Source: a virus (lineage: Duplodnaviria > Caudoviricetes). Taken from it: a stretch of 64,000 bases of DNA. The stretch covers positions 17,050 through 81,049 of the IMG/VR virus record IMGVR_UViG_3300012971_000019; one strand, 5' to 3'. Positions within the stretch are counted from its first letter, which is position 1, and every line of letters begins with the position of its first letter. Made by a program: the position numbers and the translations under genes. This document shows positions 8,690 through 17,829 of this stretch, piece after piece. The notes beneath the pieces are model-generated. The model did not search any database. It saw only the letters and a list, made by a program, of their open reading frames with translations, and was not told the origin of the DNA.

Positions 8690-10592
8690 ACGGGGGGAGC
8701 TTTTCTACCTCGACGCTGCCGGCAAGCAGCAGGACGCCAAGCTGCACGAGGAAATCCTCGCAGGCGATCACGACGATGCGCTTGAGGTCACGCGCGAGCG
8801 CCTACGCGCCATGGGATGGGCTGATGACGTGATTGCGGATTTTCTCGGTGAGAACAGGCCGAGCGCTCGATCGCGCGGAGCTGCGGCGCGAGCCGCCCGC
8901 CTGGCGGCAGTTGCCTTCGAGGAGTCTCAACATCCGCGTGGGCCGAGCGCGCCTGGTCACAGCAGCGGCGAGTTCAAGAAGAAGGGGAACGGCGAAGCCG
9001 GTGCTGGCGGCGGCGAAGAGAAGCAGGTTGGCGTGGATGTCGGCGGCGACAAAAAGGCCTCGCCCGAAGTCCCTGAGAGCCTGGTAAAGGCGATCGAGGA
9101 TCACGTCGAGGCGATGGCGGGCCGAGGGAGTCGCGCCGGTGCGGCCGACCTGTCGAAATGGCTGTGCCTCACGCATGGCGATGAAATCGAAAAGCTCGTC
9201 GATTCGTATAAGCAGGAGGAAGCGACGACAGTCGGCACCACCCCTCGCTTCGGGCCGATCCTTCTGCTGCACAAGGGCGATACGAAAAAGGGCGTGCCCA
9301 CCATGTGGTTGCTCACATGGAGCAAGAACGACATCACCAGCATCCATGACCATCTCGAATCCGAGGTCGGCGTTTCGGTGTTGCGCGGCAACGTCGGCAA
9401 TCGCGCGTATAGTACCGGCGAAGGGTATCTCGACAAAGCGAAAAGCAAGGAAGGTTTGGAGTCGCGTTTTGGCGAACAAATCCTAAAGCCAAAGCAAACC
9501 GTACAAATTAAGTCGCCCTACATTCACGAAATGTATGGCACCGCCGAGTCAGGCCAGAAGCGCGACATCACCGTGCACGCGTATTATCCGCCGCTCTCGC
9601 ACATGCACTATTTCAGGAAAGACAAGGACGGCAAGCTGCACTATGCCGGTGACTGGGACGAGGATCGCGAACCACAAGACTGCATGATCGAAACCGGCGA
9701 GCCGACGAAGGGGCCGTCGAAAGCAACCGCCAGCATGGGCTTTTGTCCGTGCTGCAGCGTCAAGCGCGAATTGGCCAGATGGGGTGCGGATGCACCGCGT
9801 CACGAGCCGAGTGCTCGATCCCGGCGGGCCGAGGGGCGAGCTGCGCGCCTGGCGGCAATCGCGTGGGATGAATCGAAGCACAAGCGCGGCAAGACTTCAC
9901 CCGGAACGACGCCGGGGAGCTTTGCCCCGGAGGGCGGCGGCGAGGAAGGCGGCGGCGAGGCCAAGCGCGAAAAGGCCGCGCCAGAGCGCAAGACGACTGC
10001 GGTCAAGCCGTCGATCGCCAACGCCGACAAGATCAAGGCCGCCTGGGTTGCGGCGTCACCGCACACCTCGGTCGATAGCCTGGTCGAGCATGCGCCCGCC
10101 GATCAGGGCGAGCTGGTGACCCTCGCGCAGCAGATCGAGCGCGACACCGGCGCCAAGCTGCACAATCCTGGCATCAAGAAGCGGGAGCGGATCGAGGAGA
10201 AGCTCAAGCTCGCCGGCCGCAAGCCGCAGTCGATCTCCGACGCCGTGCGCCTCGGGTTCGAGGTCTCATCGCCCGAGCAGGCCGACGCGATCATCGATCG
10301 GCTGAAGCAAAAATATCTGGTGGCCGACGAGGGCTGGCAGATGAAGCCGGTCGGCTACTTCGATCGCAAGGTCACCTTGCGCTTTGCCGATGGGATGATG
10401 GGCGAGGTGCAGCTCTGGCCGACCATCATGCTGGTCGCGAAGCAGACGAAGGGTCACGCACTCTACGAGCGGGCCCGGACGTTGCCGCCAGGGCCGGCGA
10501 AAGAAGAAGCGAACCGGGAGATGAGCAGCTTCTACCACGGCCTCGATGTGCCGAGGGCCTGGAAGGACGAGCTGGGCAGGTTCGGGAGCTGA
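8682..10592 (+). CDS. Polyvalent protein: small N-domain + HPR + cysteine-dioxygenase-like cupin + HxR motif + RelA/SpoT-like nucleotidyltransferase
   Basis: TSIHDH..., IHEM and ITVHAYYPPL (CDO-like); IKKRERIEEK, ISDAVR, GYFDRKV and GEVQLW (RelA/SpoT-like). Confidence 0.7.
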   Translation: MPERGELFYLDAAGKQQDAKLHEEILAGDHDDALEVTRERLRAMGWADDVIADFLGENRPSARSRGAAARAARLAAVAFEESQHPRGPSAPGHSSGEFKKKGNGEAGAGGGEEKQVGVDVGGDKKASPEVPESLVKAIEDHVEAMAGRGSRAGAADLSKWLCLTHGDEIEKLVDSYKQEEATTVGTTPRFGPILLLHKGDTKKGVPTMWLLTWSKNDITSIHDHLESEVGVSVLRGNVGNRAYSTGEGYLDKAKSKEGLESRFGEQILKPKQTVQIKSPYIHEMYGTAESGQKRDITVHAYYPPLSHMHYFRKDKDGKLHYAGDWDEDREPQDCMIETGEPTKGPSKATASMGFCPCCSVKRELARWGADAPRHEPSARSRRAEGRAARLAAIAWDESKHKRGKTSPGTTPGSFAPEGGGEEGGGEAKREKAAPERKTTAVKPSIANADKIKAAWVAASPHTSVDSLVEHAPADQGELVTLAQQIERDTGAKLHNPGIKKRERIEEKLKLAGRKPQSISDAVRLGFEVSSPEQADAIIDRLKQKYLVADEGWQMKPVGYFDRKVTLRFADGMMGEVQLWPTIMLVAKQTKGHALYERARTLPPGPAKEEANREMSSFYHGLDVPRAWKDELGRFGS

Positions 10593-10753
10593 GGCCAGCG
10601 TTCCTCGAACGCTTGCCTGCTCATGACGGCGGCGTTGTAGCCGACCTCGGACGAATCGATCTCGTGCCATTTGCCATCGACGAACCACCAGGCCTCACCG
10701 TGGGTGTAGAGCGTGGGGTTGCCGTCGAGGCTCGCGTAAACGATGTCAGCCAT
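10532..10753 (-). CDS. Small antisense protein (73 aa), candidate antidote of the RelA/SpoT-like domain
   Basis: Only - strand ORF in the head module with its own promoter-like element; protein-like composition; convergent overlap with the effector 3' end. Confidence 0.55.
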   Translation of the reverse strand: MADIVYASLDGNPTLYTHGEAWWFVDGKWHEIDSSEVGYNAAVMSRQAFEERWPQLPNLPSSSFQALGTSRPW

Positions 10754-10761
10754 GCACCTAG

Positions 10762-10790
10762 TATTTATTCGCGCCAGGGTGGCGCGTCAA
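10762..10790 (-). promoter_or_regulatory. sigma70-like promoter for the antisense ORF, with an inverted repeat in the spacer
   Basis: - strand TTGACG-N17-TAAATA ending 8 nt upstream of the ATG at 10753; CGCGCCA-ggg-TGGCGCG palindrome at 10770-10786. Confidence 0.55.
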
Positions 10791-10812
10791 GGCGCAAGCC
10801 CAGGAGGCAACG

Positions 10813-12585
10813 ATGCCGATCCCGAAGCCAGGCGGTGGCGAATCCGAAAGCGACTACGTCAGCCGGTGCATGGAGAAGCTCGCCGACGATTTCCCCGATC
10901 AAGAACAGCGGGCGGCCGTTTGCTACCGCACATACCGAGAGGCTAACGCCATGCCGAACATCACTGCCCAGGAAGAGGACGACGAGGACGAGCGCCGCCG
11001 TCGCGCCCGCGCCCGCAAGGAGGACGATGACGAAGGCGACGACAACGACGATGATGATGATGACGAAGAGGAAGGCGACGACGAGGAGCGCGAAGATCGG
11101 CGCCCGCGGCGTCGCGGCGGCGAGCGCGAGAGCCAGGCCGGCAACGGCTACAGCGCCCGTGCGCCGCGGCCCTGGTTCCAGATGAAGGCCAAGGACGACA
11201 AGTCGACCGCGGAGGTGCTCATCTACGATGAGATCGGCCCCGGGATGTTCGGCGGTGGTCTGTCCGCCAAGGACTTCCACAAGGAGCTGCAGGGGCTGGG
11301 CAAGGTCAAGGAGATCATGCTGCGGATCAATTCGCCGGGCGGCAACGTCTTCGACGGCCTTGCGATCTACAACATGCTCAAGGCTCATCCGGCGCGCATC
11401 ACCGCCAAGGTCGATGGTGTGGCGGCGTCGGCGGCGTCGCTGGTCGCCATGGCGGCCGACAAGATCACCATGCCGAAGAACGGGTTCCTGATGCTGCACA
11501 AGCCTCAGGCGATGGTCATGGGCGATGTCGACGACATGCGGGCGATGGCCGACGATCTCGAACGCATGACCAAAGTTTTCGCCCAGTGCTATTCGGCACG
11601 CTCGAACGGCAAGAAGACGGCCAAAGAGATGACGGTGCTCATGGCCGAGTCGCGGTTGATGGATGCGACCGAGGCGATGGCGTTCGGGCTCACCGACGAG
11701 GTCGCGGACCCGGTGAAGATGACGGCGTGCTTCGACATCCGCAAGCTGCCGACGAGGGCCGCCCAGGCGCGCATCCAGGCCGAGTTCACTGTGGCGACCG
11801 GCTGGGGCATCCCGAAGGACGACGACGAGGATGAGGACGAGAACGTGATCGAGACCGGCTCGGTCGATCCGTTCGACGACACGGCGTTGCTTCCGGTCGA
11901 TGAGAACGGCCTGATGGTGCCGCCGGCCAAGGGCGGCAAGAGCGTCGAGGAGTCGTACGAGAGTGGGCTTTCGACCCCGCCGTTCAACGATCTCGGCAGC
12001 GAGCCCGAGGATTTGGACACCGAGTCATCGTCGCTCGACCTTCCGAGGAAGGGCGGCAAGGGAAAGAGGAGCGCGAAGATGAAGGCGCAGGATGACGATC
12101 TCTTCGGCACGGGCTCACCGGGCGATGCCGGCAAGGCGACCAAAAAGGTGGCGCCGAAGGAGTACGACGACGAGGAAGAGGACGAGGAGTCCGAGCTGTT
12201 CGGCGAGGGCGCGGTGAGCACCGAGCGGGCGAGCAAGGCCTCGCGCAAAGCGGTCGAGGCGCTCCGCGTTGCCGCTGGCGTTCGGCCCTATGGTCGCAAA
12301 GAGATGAAGGAGACGATGGAGCTGTGCGCGCTCGCTGGCGTATCGGCCAAGGTCGCGCACGAGTTCATCGCACAGAAAACGCCGGTCGCCCAGGTGCGGC
12401 GCGAGCTGATGGACCGGCGTGTGCTCCGCGACGCCGAGACCCAAATCCTTGGCCGTCAGCCGGCCTACGACGCCGCGCGCAGCGAAAAGGAATCACAGAA
12501 CTCTTGGCAGAAAGCGATCAACGAGGTGAACGCAAGAGTCGTGATGCCCGAGGTGGGGAAAACAATGATCGATCGTTCAAACTGA
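10813..12585 (+). CDS. ClpP-type prohead protease/scaffold with N-terminal extension and acidic linkers
   Basis: AGGAGG RBS; LRINSPGGNVFDGLAIYNML, VDGVAASAASLVAMA and FLMLHKP motifs. Confidence 0.9.
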   Translation: MPIPKPGGGESESDYVSRCMEKLADDFPDQEQRAAVCYRTYREANAMPNITAQEEDDEDERRRRARARKEDDDEGDDNDDDDDDEEEGDDEEREDRRPRRRGGERESQAGNGYSARAPRPWFQMKAKDDKSTAEVLIYDEIGPGMFGGGLSAKDFHKELQGLGKVKEIMLRINSPGGNVFDGLAIYNMLKAHPARITAKVDGVAASAASLVAMAADKITMPKNGFLMLHKPQAMVMGDVDDMRAMADDLERMTKVFAQCYSARSNGKKTAKEMTVLMAESRLMDATEAMAFGLTDEVADPVKMTACFDIRKLPTRAAQARIQAEFTVATGWGIPKDDDEDEDENVIETGSVDPFDDTALLPVDENGLMVPPAKGGKSVEESYESGLSTPPFNDLGSEPEDLDTESSSLDLPRKGGKGKRSAKMKAQDDDLFGTGSPGDAGKATKKVAPKEYDDEEEDEESELFGEGAVSTERASKASRKAVEALRVAAGVRPYGRKEMKETMELCALAGVSAKVAHEFIAQKTPVAQVRRELMDRRVLRDAETQILGRQPAYDAARSEKESQNSWQKAINEVNARVVMPEVGKTMIDRSN

Positions 12586-12600
12586 GAATGGAGAGACATC

Positions 12601-12987
12601 ATGGTAACCTTTACCGAACCTCGGCATCCTGGTGAATTCGTGCTCTGGGAGCAGGGCGGTCATCTGAGCCGAGACAATATCGTCATCGCGTCCGGTCAAG
12701 GAGTCGTCAAAGCCGGAACGGTGCTTGGCAAGGTGACGGCGAGCGGCAAATACCTCATTTCCGCTCCTGCCGCGGCTGATGGATCGCAAACGCCGGCAGC
12801 ACTCAACCTTTACCAGGTTGATGCGACCAGCGCTGATCAGCCGGTCTCGGCGATCACGCGTGAAGCGGAAATCAACGGGCCGACGATCACCTACCATTCG
12901 ACCATCAACACCGGTCCGTTGGTCGTGGCAGCAAACGCATCGCTGGCGGCGGCCCACATCATCGTGCGGTCGCGCACGACACCGTAG
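12601..12987 (+). CDS. Head decoration protein (gpD-like)
   Basis: HLSRDNIVIASGQGVVKAGTVLGKVTASGKY...ADGSQTPAA motif; between protease and capsid. Confidence 0.85.
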   Translation: MVTFTEPRHPGEFVLWEQGGHLSRDNIVIASGQGVVKAGTVLGKVTASGKYLISAPAAADGSQTPAALNLYQVDATSADQPVSAITREAEINGPTITYHSTINTGPLVVAANASLAAAHIIVRSRTTP

Positions 12988-13014
12988 CGATCAGCCGCAT
13001 ATACGAGCCGCAAG

Positions 13015-13038
13015 GCCGCGCGGGAGCGCGGCTTTTTT
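13015..13038 (+). terminator. Intrinsic terminator-like hairpin between decoration and capsid genes
   Basis: GCCGCGC-GGGA-GCGCGGC-TTTTTT. Confidence 0.6.
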
Positions 13039-13091
13039 GTTGTCCCGAAGCCCGCCGCGACGGCGCGCATCCCTCGATGGAGTGATTCGAA

Positions 13092-14114
13092 ATGTTACTC
13101 GACATCTTCAACAACAACGCGTTCGGGGTGATTGCTCTCACCGACGCGGTGAACAAGCTCCGCTTTGTCCCAGGACTGCTGGGCAAGATGGGGCTCTTTA
13201 CGGAAACCTCGATCTCCGTGACGACCGCGACGATCGAAGATCGCCAGGGCGTCCTGGCGCTGGTGCCACCGACACCACGCGGTGGGCCCGGTCTTGCGAT
13301 CGACAAGTTCAAGCGTCACCTGTTCGCGATCCCGGTGCCGCACTTCGAGATCAACGACTCGGTGATGGCCGAGGAGGTGCAGAACCTCCGGCCGTTCGGT
13401 GAATCGACCGGTCTCATGTCGGTGCAGACGATGCTCTCGCAACGGCTGCAGCAGCATTCGCAATCGGTGGAAGCCACGCTCGAATACTCGCGGGTCGGCG
13501 CGGTCAAGGGCGTCATCACCTACGCGGACGGAACGACCCTCGATCTGTTTGCGACGTTCGGCGTCTCGCAACTCCCCGCGGTGCTGTTCGACCTCAGCAA
13601 CGCCACGCCGGTCGCGGGTATCGTGCGTCAGAAATGTGCGGGGGCGATCCGCAGCATCGCGACCCAGCTCGACGGCGTGCCGTTCTCGGGCGTGTACGCG
13701 ATCTGTGGCGATCAGTTCTTCGACAACCTGATTGCCAACGTCGAAGTCCGCGCCTCGTTCCTCAATCAAATCCAGGCCGCGGAACTGCGGACGGGATACG
13801 TGCATGGCGGCATGTCCTACGGTCGCTTCGAGTTCGGCGGCATCGTGTGGGAGAACTATCGTGGTTCGGTCGGCGGCCAACTCTTCGTCGATACCGACAA
13901 GTGCCACATCATGCCGCTGGTGCCAGGGCTATTCCGCACCGTATACGCACCGGCGGATTACATCGAGACCGTGAACACGCTCGGGCAGCGCATGTATGCC
14001 AAGCAGTTCCCGATGCCCAACGGCAAGGGCATCCATCTCGATACGCAGACCAACGGGCTTTGCTACTGCACGCGCCCGAACGTGCTGCTGGTTGGCCATA
14101 TGGGCGCAACCTAA
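13092..14114 (+). CDS. Major capsid protein (lambda gpE family)
   Basis: 340 aa; DIFNNNAFGVIALTDAVN, TLEYSRVGAVKG, FEFGGIVWENYRG and YAPADYIETVNT motifs. Confidence 0.9.
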   Translation: MLLDIFNNNAFGVIALTDAVNKLRFVPGLLGKMGLFTETSISVTTATIEDRQGVLALVPPTPRGGPGLAIDKFKRHLFAIPVPHFEINDSVMAEEVQNLRPFGESTGLMSVQTMLSQRLQQHSQSVEATLEYSRVGAVKGVITYADGTTLDLFATFGVSQLPAVLFDLSNATPVAGIVRQKCAGAIRSIATQLDGVPFSGVYAICGDQFFDNLIANVEVRASFLNQIQAAELRTGYVHGGMSYGRFEFGGIVWENYRGSVGGQLFVDTDKCHIMPLVPGLFRTVYAPADYIETVNTLGQRMYAKQFPMPNGKGIHLDTQTNGLCYCTRPNVLLVGHMGAT

Positions 14115-14125
14115 TCGGTGGCGCA

Positions 14126-14488
14126 ATGACCATCGATTTCAACGCAACCGTACTCCAGGCGGCACAGGATGCTTTCGGCCGCCCGGTCTCGATCTTCCCC
14201 ATTAGATCGCAACCGGGCATGCCGCCTTATACGGTGCGCGGAATCTTTTCGAGTGATCCGCTTACGGTGGCGACGGAGGGCGGTGGTGCGTTCTCCGACC
14301 AGTACACCACGCTCGACATCCGCGACAGCGAGCTGACGGTTCTACCGACGACGTACGATCAGGTCACGATCGGCGTCGTGCAGGAGATCACGTCGGGCCT
14401 CGGGCAATTCGAGATCGAGGACACACGACATGACGGCCAAGGCGCCACGCAGCTCGTGCTCAAGCGGATCAAGGTGGCGGCGCCATGA
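14126..14488 (+). CDS. Head-tail joining protein
   Basis: Start re-called at ATG 14126 (MTIDFNATVLQ) right after the capsid gene; 120 aa. Confidence 0.65.
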   Translation: MTIDFNATVLQAAQDAFGRPVSIFPIRSQPGMPPYTVRGIFSSDPLTVATEGGGAFSDQYTTLDIRDSELTVLPTTYDQVTIGVVQEITSGLGQFEIEDTRHDGQGATQLVLKRIKVAAP

Positions 14489-15111
14489 ATGCCGTGACCA
14501 TCAGCGACACGACCAATAGCTATACGCTGCTGATCCGTGACGGGATACTTGCACGGCTCAAGAAGCTCGGCTTCTTCGTGCCGTTCAAGACCTTTCGCCG
14601 CAGTCCGATGCATGTCGTCCAGGATGACGAGCTGCCATACGCGGCAGTTTATCTGCTGCCCGAAATACTTGAGCCGTGGGGCGACGCCAATGCCGGCGAG
14701 CCGCGCTTTACCCACAGTGCGCAGTTCGGTTTCTCCGTCATCATCCTCAACAATGACGACGACACGCAAGAGAACCAGCTCGACACGGCGCACTGGGCGA
14801 TCATGAGCCTGCTCACCGATGCATCTCTGGTGGGGATGGAGGCAAACTGCTCGCCCTACCCGACGAGCGAGCCGATCAGGATCGAGGGCGTGACGCGCAT
14901 TGCGCGCCAGCACATCTACGGCACCATCGGCAAGAGCGAGACGCCGGTGGCTGAGCTGCGCATGCAGATGACGGTCACGTTCCACAGCGTCTGGCCGCCG
15001 GTTGAAAAGGACGACCTCAAGGTCATCCACGTTACGACGGCGTTCCCCATCGACGGCGACACCGCATCGACGGTGCAGGTGCAGTCGGAATACGACATCC
15101 CGCAGAACTGA
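14485..15111 (+). CDS. Tail completion/terminator-like protein
   Basis: Position; ELPYAAVYL...E motif; overlapping ATGA start. Confidence 0.6.
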   Translation: MNAVTISDTTNSYTLLIRDGILARLKKLGFFVPFKTFRRSPMHVVQDDELPYAAVYLLPEILEPWGDANAGEPRFTHSAQFGFSVIILNNDDDTQENQLDTAHWAIMSLLTDASLVGMEANCSPYPTSEPIRIEGVTRIARQHIYGTIGKSETPVAELRMQMTVTFHSVWPPVEKDDLKVIHVTTAFPIDGDTASTVQVQSEYDIPQN

Positions 15112-15119
15112 GGTTCCCC

Positions 15120-15473
15120 ATGTTCATCCATCCGAAGTTCAAAGGCGCGCCACCCGCGCCGCCGATGAAAATGATCCGCGTGTGGGCCTCGACCGAGGTG
15201 CTGCGCAAGCGCGTGTTTCACCCGAGCGGAATCCGCTTCCAGGCCGACATCAATCAGTCGGTTGCCTGGCCCGAGGATCAATTCACGCTGCGCCGGATCG
15301 CGGACGGTACCGTGCTCACCCATCCGCCCGGAGAGGCCTCGCAATCGAGCGAGGAGGCTCAGACAGAGCCCGATCCAATGCCCGGGGACTTACCCAAGCC
15401 CGTCGCGCCAACCGCGCGTGGCGGGCCGGGCACACCGGCTGAGAAGCCCGAGAAACCAAAATCCCGGAAGTGA
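15120..15473 (+). CDS. Small pre-sheath protein (DUF2635-like position)
   Basis: HPSG...WPEDQFTLRRIADG motif immediately before the sheath. Confidence 0.55.
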   Translation: MFIHPKFKGAPPAPPMKMIRVWASTEVLRKRVFHPSGIRFQADINQSVAWPEDQFTLRRIADGTVLTHPPGEASQSSEEAQTEPDPMPGDLPKPVAPTARGGPGTPAEKPEKPKSRK

Positions 15474-15553
15474 AACGGTTCCTGGGCAGGACCGCTCGGC
15501 CCGCGGTGACGCGCGTCATTCCGTTCATGGAGCCCCCCTAAAGGAGAAAAGCT

Positions 15554-17083
15554 ATGCCGATTAGCTTTGATAACATACCGGCGTCGTGGAAATTGCCGCT
15601 CTACTGGGTCGAGGCGGACCCTTCATTCGCTGGCTTACCTATCGTGAAAGACCCCGCCCTTATCATCGGCACTATGTCGGCGACGGGGAGCGGTCCGCCC
15701 GATGTGCCGACGCCGATCGGCAGTCTTGCGCATGCGCGCGACCTTTACGGACAGGGTTCGCAGCTCGCCGGGATGATGGAGGCGTTCTTCAACAACAACT
15801 TTGCCCAGGAGACGTGGGCGGTTGGCGTGGCGGAACCTTCAGCCGGCACGGCAGCGACCGGTACGATCACGGTGACCGGGCCCGCCACCGACGCGGGCAG
15901 CGTGTTCTTCTATATTGCCGGCCATCCGGTGCAGGTCGGTATCAGCGTCGGCGACACCGCTGACGCCATTGCCACCAACATCGCGGCAGCGATCACGGCC
16001 GATCCTGACTTGCCGGTTACCGCGGCGGCCACGACCAACGTCGTCACGGTCACCTGTCGATGGAAGGGGGCCACCGGTACCGACATTGATCTGCGCGACA
16101 GCTACTACGGTGCGCTGGGCGGCGAGACCATTCCGTCTGGCGTGAGCTTCGCCTATCCGGCCGCCAACAAGCTCACCGGCGGCGCTGGTATTCCGACGTT
16201 CACCACCATGATCACCAACCTGGGCGAACAGGAGTTCGATTACATCGCGTTCCCGTTCACCGACTCCAACAGCTTGCTGGCGATGGAGACCGAGATGGGG
16301 TTCGGCGACCTCGGTCGCTGGGGCTGGATGCGCCAGCTCTATGGCCAGCTCGTCTCGGCGAAGCGGGATACCTTCCCCAACCTGATCACCTGGGGTGCGA
16401 CACGTAACGCACCGACGACCTCGGTGTGGGCGATCGAGCCCGATGCACCGTCACCGGTGTGGGAATGGACGGCAGCGATCAACGCGAAGGCCGCGCGTGC
16501 CCTGTCCAACGATCCGGCGCGCCCGCTCCAGACGCTACAGCTCACCGGCATTCTGCCAGCCAAGCTGCACCAGCGCTTCAATCTCAATGAGCTGAACACG
16601 TTCGCCGGCAATGGCCTCGCGACGCAGAAAACCCTGGCCGACAATATCCCGCAAATCGCGCGGGATACCACGACGTACCAGTACAATCTCTATGGCCAGT
16701 CGGACGACGCCTACGAGCTGATGACGACGCTCGCCACACTGGCCAAGCTGTTTCGCAATCAAAGGCACGCCATAACCTCGAAATTCCCGCGCCACAAACT
16801 TGCGAACGACGGGACTCGCTTTGGCGTTGGCCAAAAAATCGTGACGCCGAAGATCATCAAAGCCGAGCTGATCGCGGAATACCGCGAGGACGAGTTCAAC
16901 GGCCTGGTCGAGAACGCGGCGGCCTTCGCAGCTAACCTGGTCGTGGAAAGGGACCCAAATAACCCCAATAGAGTAAACGTACTATATCCGCCAGATTTGG
17001 TGAACCAATTGAGAATTTTCGCAGTCTTAGCCCAGTTCCGCCTCCAGTTCGACCGTGGTGTTGACACAGTAATAGCTGCGTGA
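15554..17083 (+). CDS. Tail sheath protein (Mu gpL-like)
   Basis: AAGGAG RBS; MPISFDNIPASWKLPLYWVE start, LYPPDLVNQLRIFA end. Confidence 0.92.
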   Translation: MPISFDNIPASWKLPLYWVEADPSFAGLPIVKDPALIIGTMSATGSGPPDVPTPIGSLAHARDLYGQGSQLAGMMEAFFNNNFAQETWAVGVAEPSAGTAATGTITVTGPATDAGSVFFYIAGHPVQVGISVGDTADAIATNIAAAITADPDLPVTAAATTNVVTVTCRWKGATGTDIDLRDSYYGALGGETIPSGVSFAYPAANKLTGGAGIPTFTTMITNLGEQEFDYIAFPFTDSNSLLAMETEMGFGDLGRWGWMRQLYGQLVSAKRDTFPNLITWGATRNAPTTSVWAIEPDAPSPVWEWTAAINAKAARALSNDPARPLQTLQLTGILPAKLHQRFNLNELNTFAGNGLATQKTLADNIPQIARDTTTYQYNLYGQSDDAYELMTTLATLAKLFRNQRHAITSKFPRHKLANDGTRFGVGQKIVTPKIIKAELIAEYREDEFNGLVENAAAFAANLVVERDPNNPNRVNVLYPPDLVNQLRIFAVLAQFRLQFDRGVDTVIAA

Positions 17084-17829
17084 GTCTTGAGCGGTGCTGC
17101 AAGGCGTGCCAAAAGAGCTTTCCTCTCACGCCTGAATACTTCCAGCCTCATCGGCGCACCTGTAACCAATGCATCTATGCCGCTCGCAATCGGCGCCGTG
17201 CAGAGGACCCGGAGTTTCGTGAAAGGCTGAACGCAAGCTGTCTGCGCAGCTATTACCGACATCGTGAAAAGCGGATCGCGGAGGTGATGGAGCGGGAGAG
17301 GGCTATTCTCTCGACCAAGAAAGGTCGCGCGCGGCTGCGAGCCCGACAGCGAGCTGCTTACATAGTTCGAATTCAGGACCCAGCTCAACGCGAGAAGAAA
17401 CGGCAAACCGATCGCCGTGCCGAGGCAAAGCGGTCTGCCGATCCGCAGATGCGGACAAAGCGCGCCGCAGTAAGACGGCAGAGCAATGCAGCGGACCCGG
17501 CGGCGCACAGGCGCTCCTCACTGGAATGGCAGAGGAATAATCCCGACAAGGCGCGGGCCATTCGCCAACGGCGACGTGCTCGCGACAATGATGCGCCAGG
17601 CACCTTCTCGGGCGAAGACTTTGCCTGGATCGTACGGCACCAGAAGGGTCGGTGTTTCTGGTGCGGAAGCAAGCTGAACGGCAAGCCTAATGCTGATCAC
17701 CTGGTACCTTTGGCCAGAGGTGGAACCAATTGGCCAGAGAACATCGTCGCATCATGCGCCACCTGCAATCACTGCAAGGGAGCGAAGATGCCCGAGGAGT
17801 TCATGTTCTACTTGAAGATGGAGGGCTAA
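17080..17829 (+). CDS. HNH homing endonuclease
   Basis: CFWCG...ADHLVPLARGGTNWPENIVASCATCNHCKG; N-terminal CxxC...CxxC. Confidence 0.88.
   Translation: MSLERCCKACQKSFPLTPEYFQPHRRTCNQCIYAARNRRRAEDPEFRERLNASCLRSYYRHREKRIAEVMERERAILSTKKGRARLRARQRAAYIVRIQDPAQREKKRQTDRRAEAKRSADPQMRTKRAAVRRQSNAADPAAHRRSSLEWQRNNPDKARAIRQRRRARDNDAPGTFSGEDFAWIVRHQKGRCFWCGSKLNGKPNADHLVPLARGGTNWPENIVASCATCNHCKGAKMPEEFMFYLKMEG

Larger units (their letters stand above)
2831..9935 (+). repeat. Seven copies of the peptide motif [FW][DE]ExxHPRxPKG..xGGx[FW]TK (or the HxRGKT..PGSFAP variant) across four ORFs
   Basis: Copies start at about 2831, 4154, 4973, 6702, 7817, 8916 and 9864; each precedes a different globular domain. 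Confidence 0.9.
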
